Below are positions 49,769-50,219 of a stretch of DNA of 50,219 nucleotides, one piece after another. The position numbers were made by a program, and so were the translations under genes. Location of the stretch: NCBI GenBank assembly GCA_028282665.1, contig JANQHN010000102.1, forward strand, positions 1 to 50,219, in the 5' to 3' direction. The notes below the pieces were generated by a model. The model ran no database searches and had not been told where the DNA came from. It saw nothing but the letters and a program-made list of their open reading frames with translations. Position 1 is the first letter of the stretch, and each line of letters opens with the position of its first letter. The stretch comes from Phycisphaerae bacterium (GTDB taxonomy: Bacteria > Planctomycetota > Phycisphaerae > UBA1845).

Positions 49769-50219
49769 TTAACCCATCTTGCAGCAACGGCTCGCCGCCA
49801 TCGTAGTGCCCCGCGAGGTACTCCTTTTCCGCGTCAACCAGCGGGGCCTGGTACTCCTCGCTGATGAGGTGGCCGCGTATGTAGTAGTCGAACCTCTTCT
49901 GGCGTTTATCCTCCTCGCCCGCGACCCAGCCGATATAAACGCCCATGCGTCGCTCGGTCGGCACTGGCTTCTCCCCGCGTGCTTTGGCTTCCTCCGCCTC
50001 CTGCTGCGTCACCATCGGCATCGTTCCGCCAAACACCATCTCGACCAACTTCCGCTTCTCGTCGTACGTCATGCTCTCGTAACCCGCGTGCCCGGCCACC
50101 ACGGCGGCCATCGCCTCGGCCCGGCGGCGGGTGGTGTCGGAGTCCGGGGCATCACGCAAGGCGGCATCCAGCCGGTCCCGCTCGTTGGTTAGGTGCTCAA
50201 CCTTCCGCTTGGATTTAGC
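49689..50219 (-). CDS. C-terminal part of a probable large serine recombinase/integrase (runs off the right edge)
   Basis: Frame is open to the window end: [25 protein letters not shown] (coiled coil) ... [16 protein letters not shown] ... GVYI, resembling LSR C-termini. It sits at the yjbQ break. The catalytic domain is not visible. Confidence 0.55.
   Translation of the reverse strand, partial: AKSKRKVEHLTNERDRLDAALRDAPDSDTTRRRAEAMAAVVAGHAGYESMTYDEKRKLVEMVFGGTMPMVTQQEAEEAKARGEKPVPTERRMGVYIGWVAGEEDKRQKRFDYYIRGHLISEEYQAPLVDAEKEYLAGHYDGGEPLLQDGLTKSALYLPNKVLLAHRFLQWPAARRA
49754..50219. mobile_element. Left end of an integrated element inserted in yjbQ
   Basis: YjbQ similarity stops abruptly at ~49753; the sequence becomes visibly more GC-rich; a recombinase-like ORF points at the junction. 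Confidence 0.65.

Noticed and set aside
49761-50218. GGATTTAG repeated at 49761 and 50211 as element-end repeats
   Set aside because: Only 8 bp, and the second copy is inside the coding frame at the arbitrary window edge; probably chance.
1-50219. CRISPR arrays, tRNA/rRNA genes, IS transposases
   Set aside because: No regularly spaced direct repeats, cloverleaf/T-loop signatures, rRNA-like tracts or DDE motifs were recognised by eye.

Overview
A 50 kb bacterial chromosomal window. Several protein families point to Planctomycetota, probably Phycisphaerae (inference): a C-terminal dockerin-like Ca-binding repeat, CxxCxY..CxECG zinc-ribbon membrane proteins, FGE-fold surface domains with EWYKAAA, and small Cys lipopeptides. 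Most of it is housekeeping and envelope genes: kdsB-pyrG plus an orphan adenine DNA methylase, a DAACS symporter, purE-mtnA, tatC, pyrD, coaD, rpmB, an ECF sigma/anti-sigma cluster, typA, a 7-PAS kinase with its receiver, MarR, two GT-C-type glycosyltransferases and a TSUP transporter. Five things stand out. (1) A coupled operon of a fused 5-oxoprolinase, a DUF4392 (D-glutamate-cyclase-related) domain fused to a degenerate, C-terminally truncated MurD-like module, and DUF1445. This may be a D-glutamate/oxoproline pathway linked to peptidoglycan precursor sensing. (2) yjbQ is cut after codon 42 by a GC-richer element whose probable serine-recombinase ORF reads through the junction. (3) A ~2440 aa surface protein has four non-catalytic FGE/C-type-lectin domains, one of them inserted inside a BACON-like repeat. 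(4) A cluster of small acidic Cys-rich lipopeptide genes lies upstream of tatC. (5) A tandem zinc-ribbon paralog array includes a decayed copy. No rRNA, tRNA or CRISPR array was recognised. All calls come from motif recognition by eye, without database searches.
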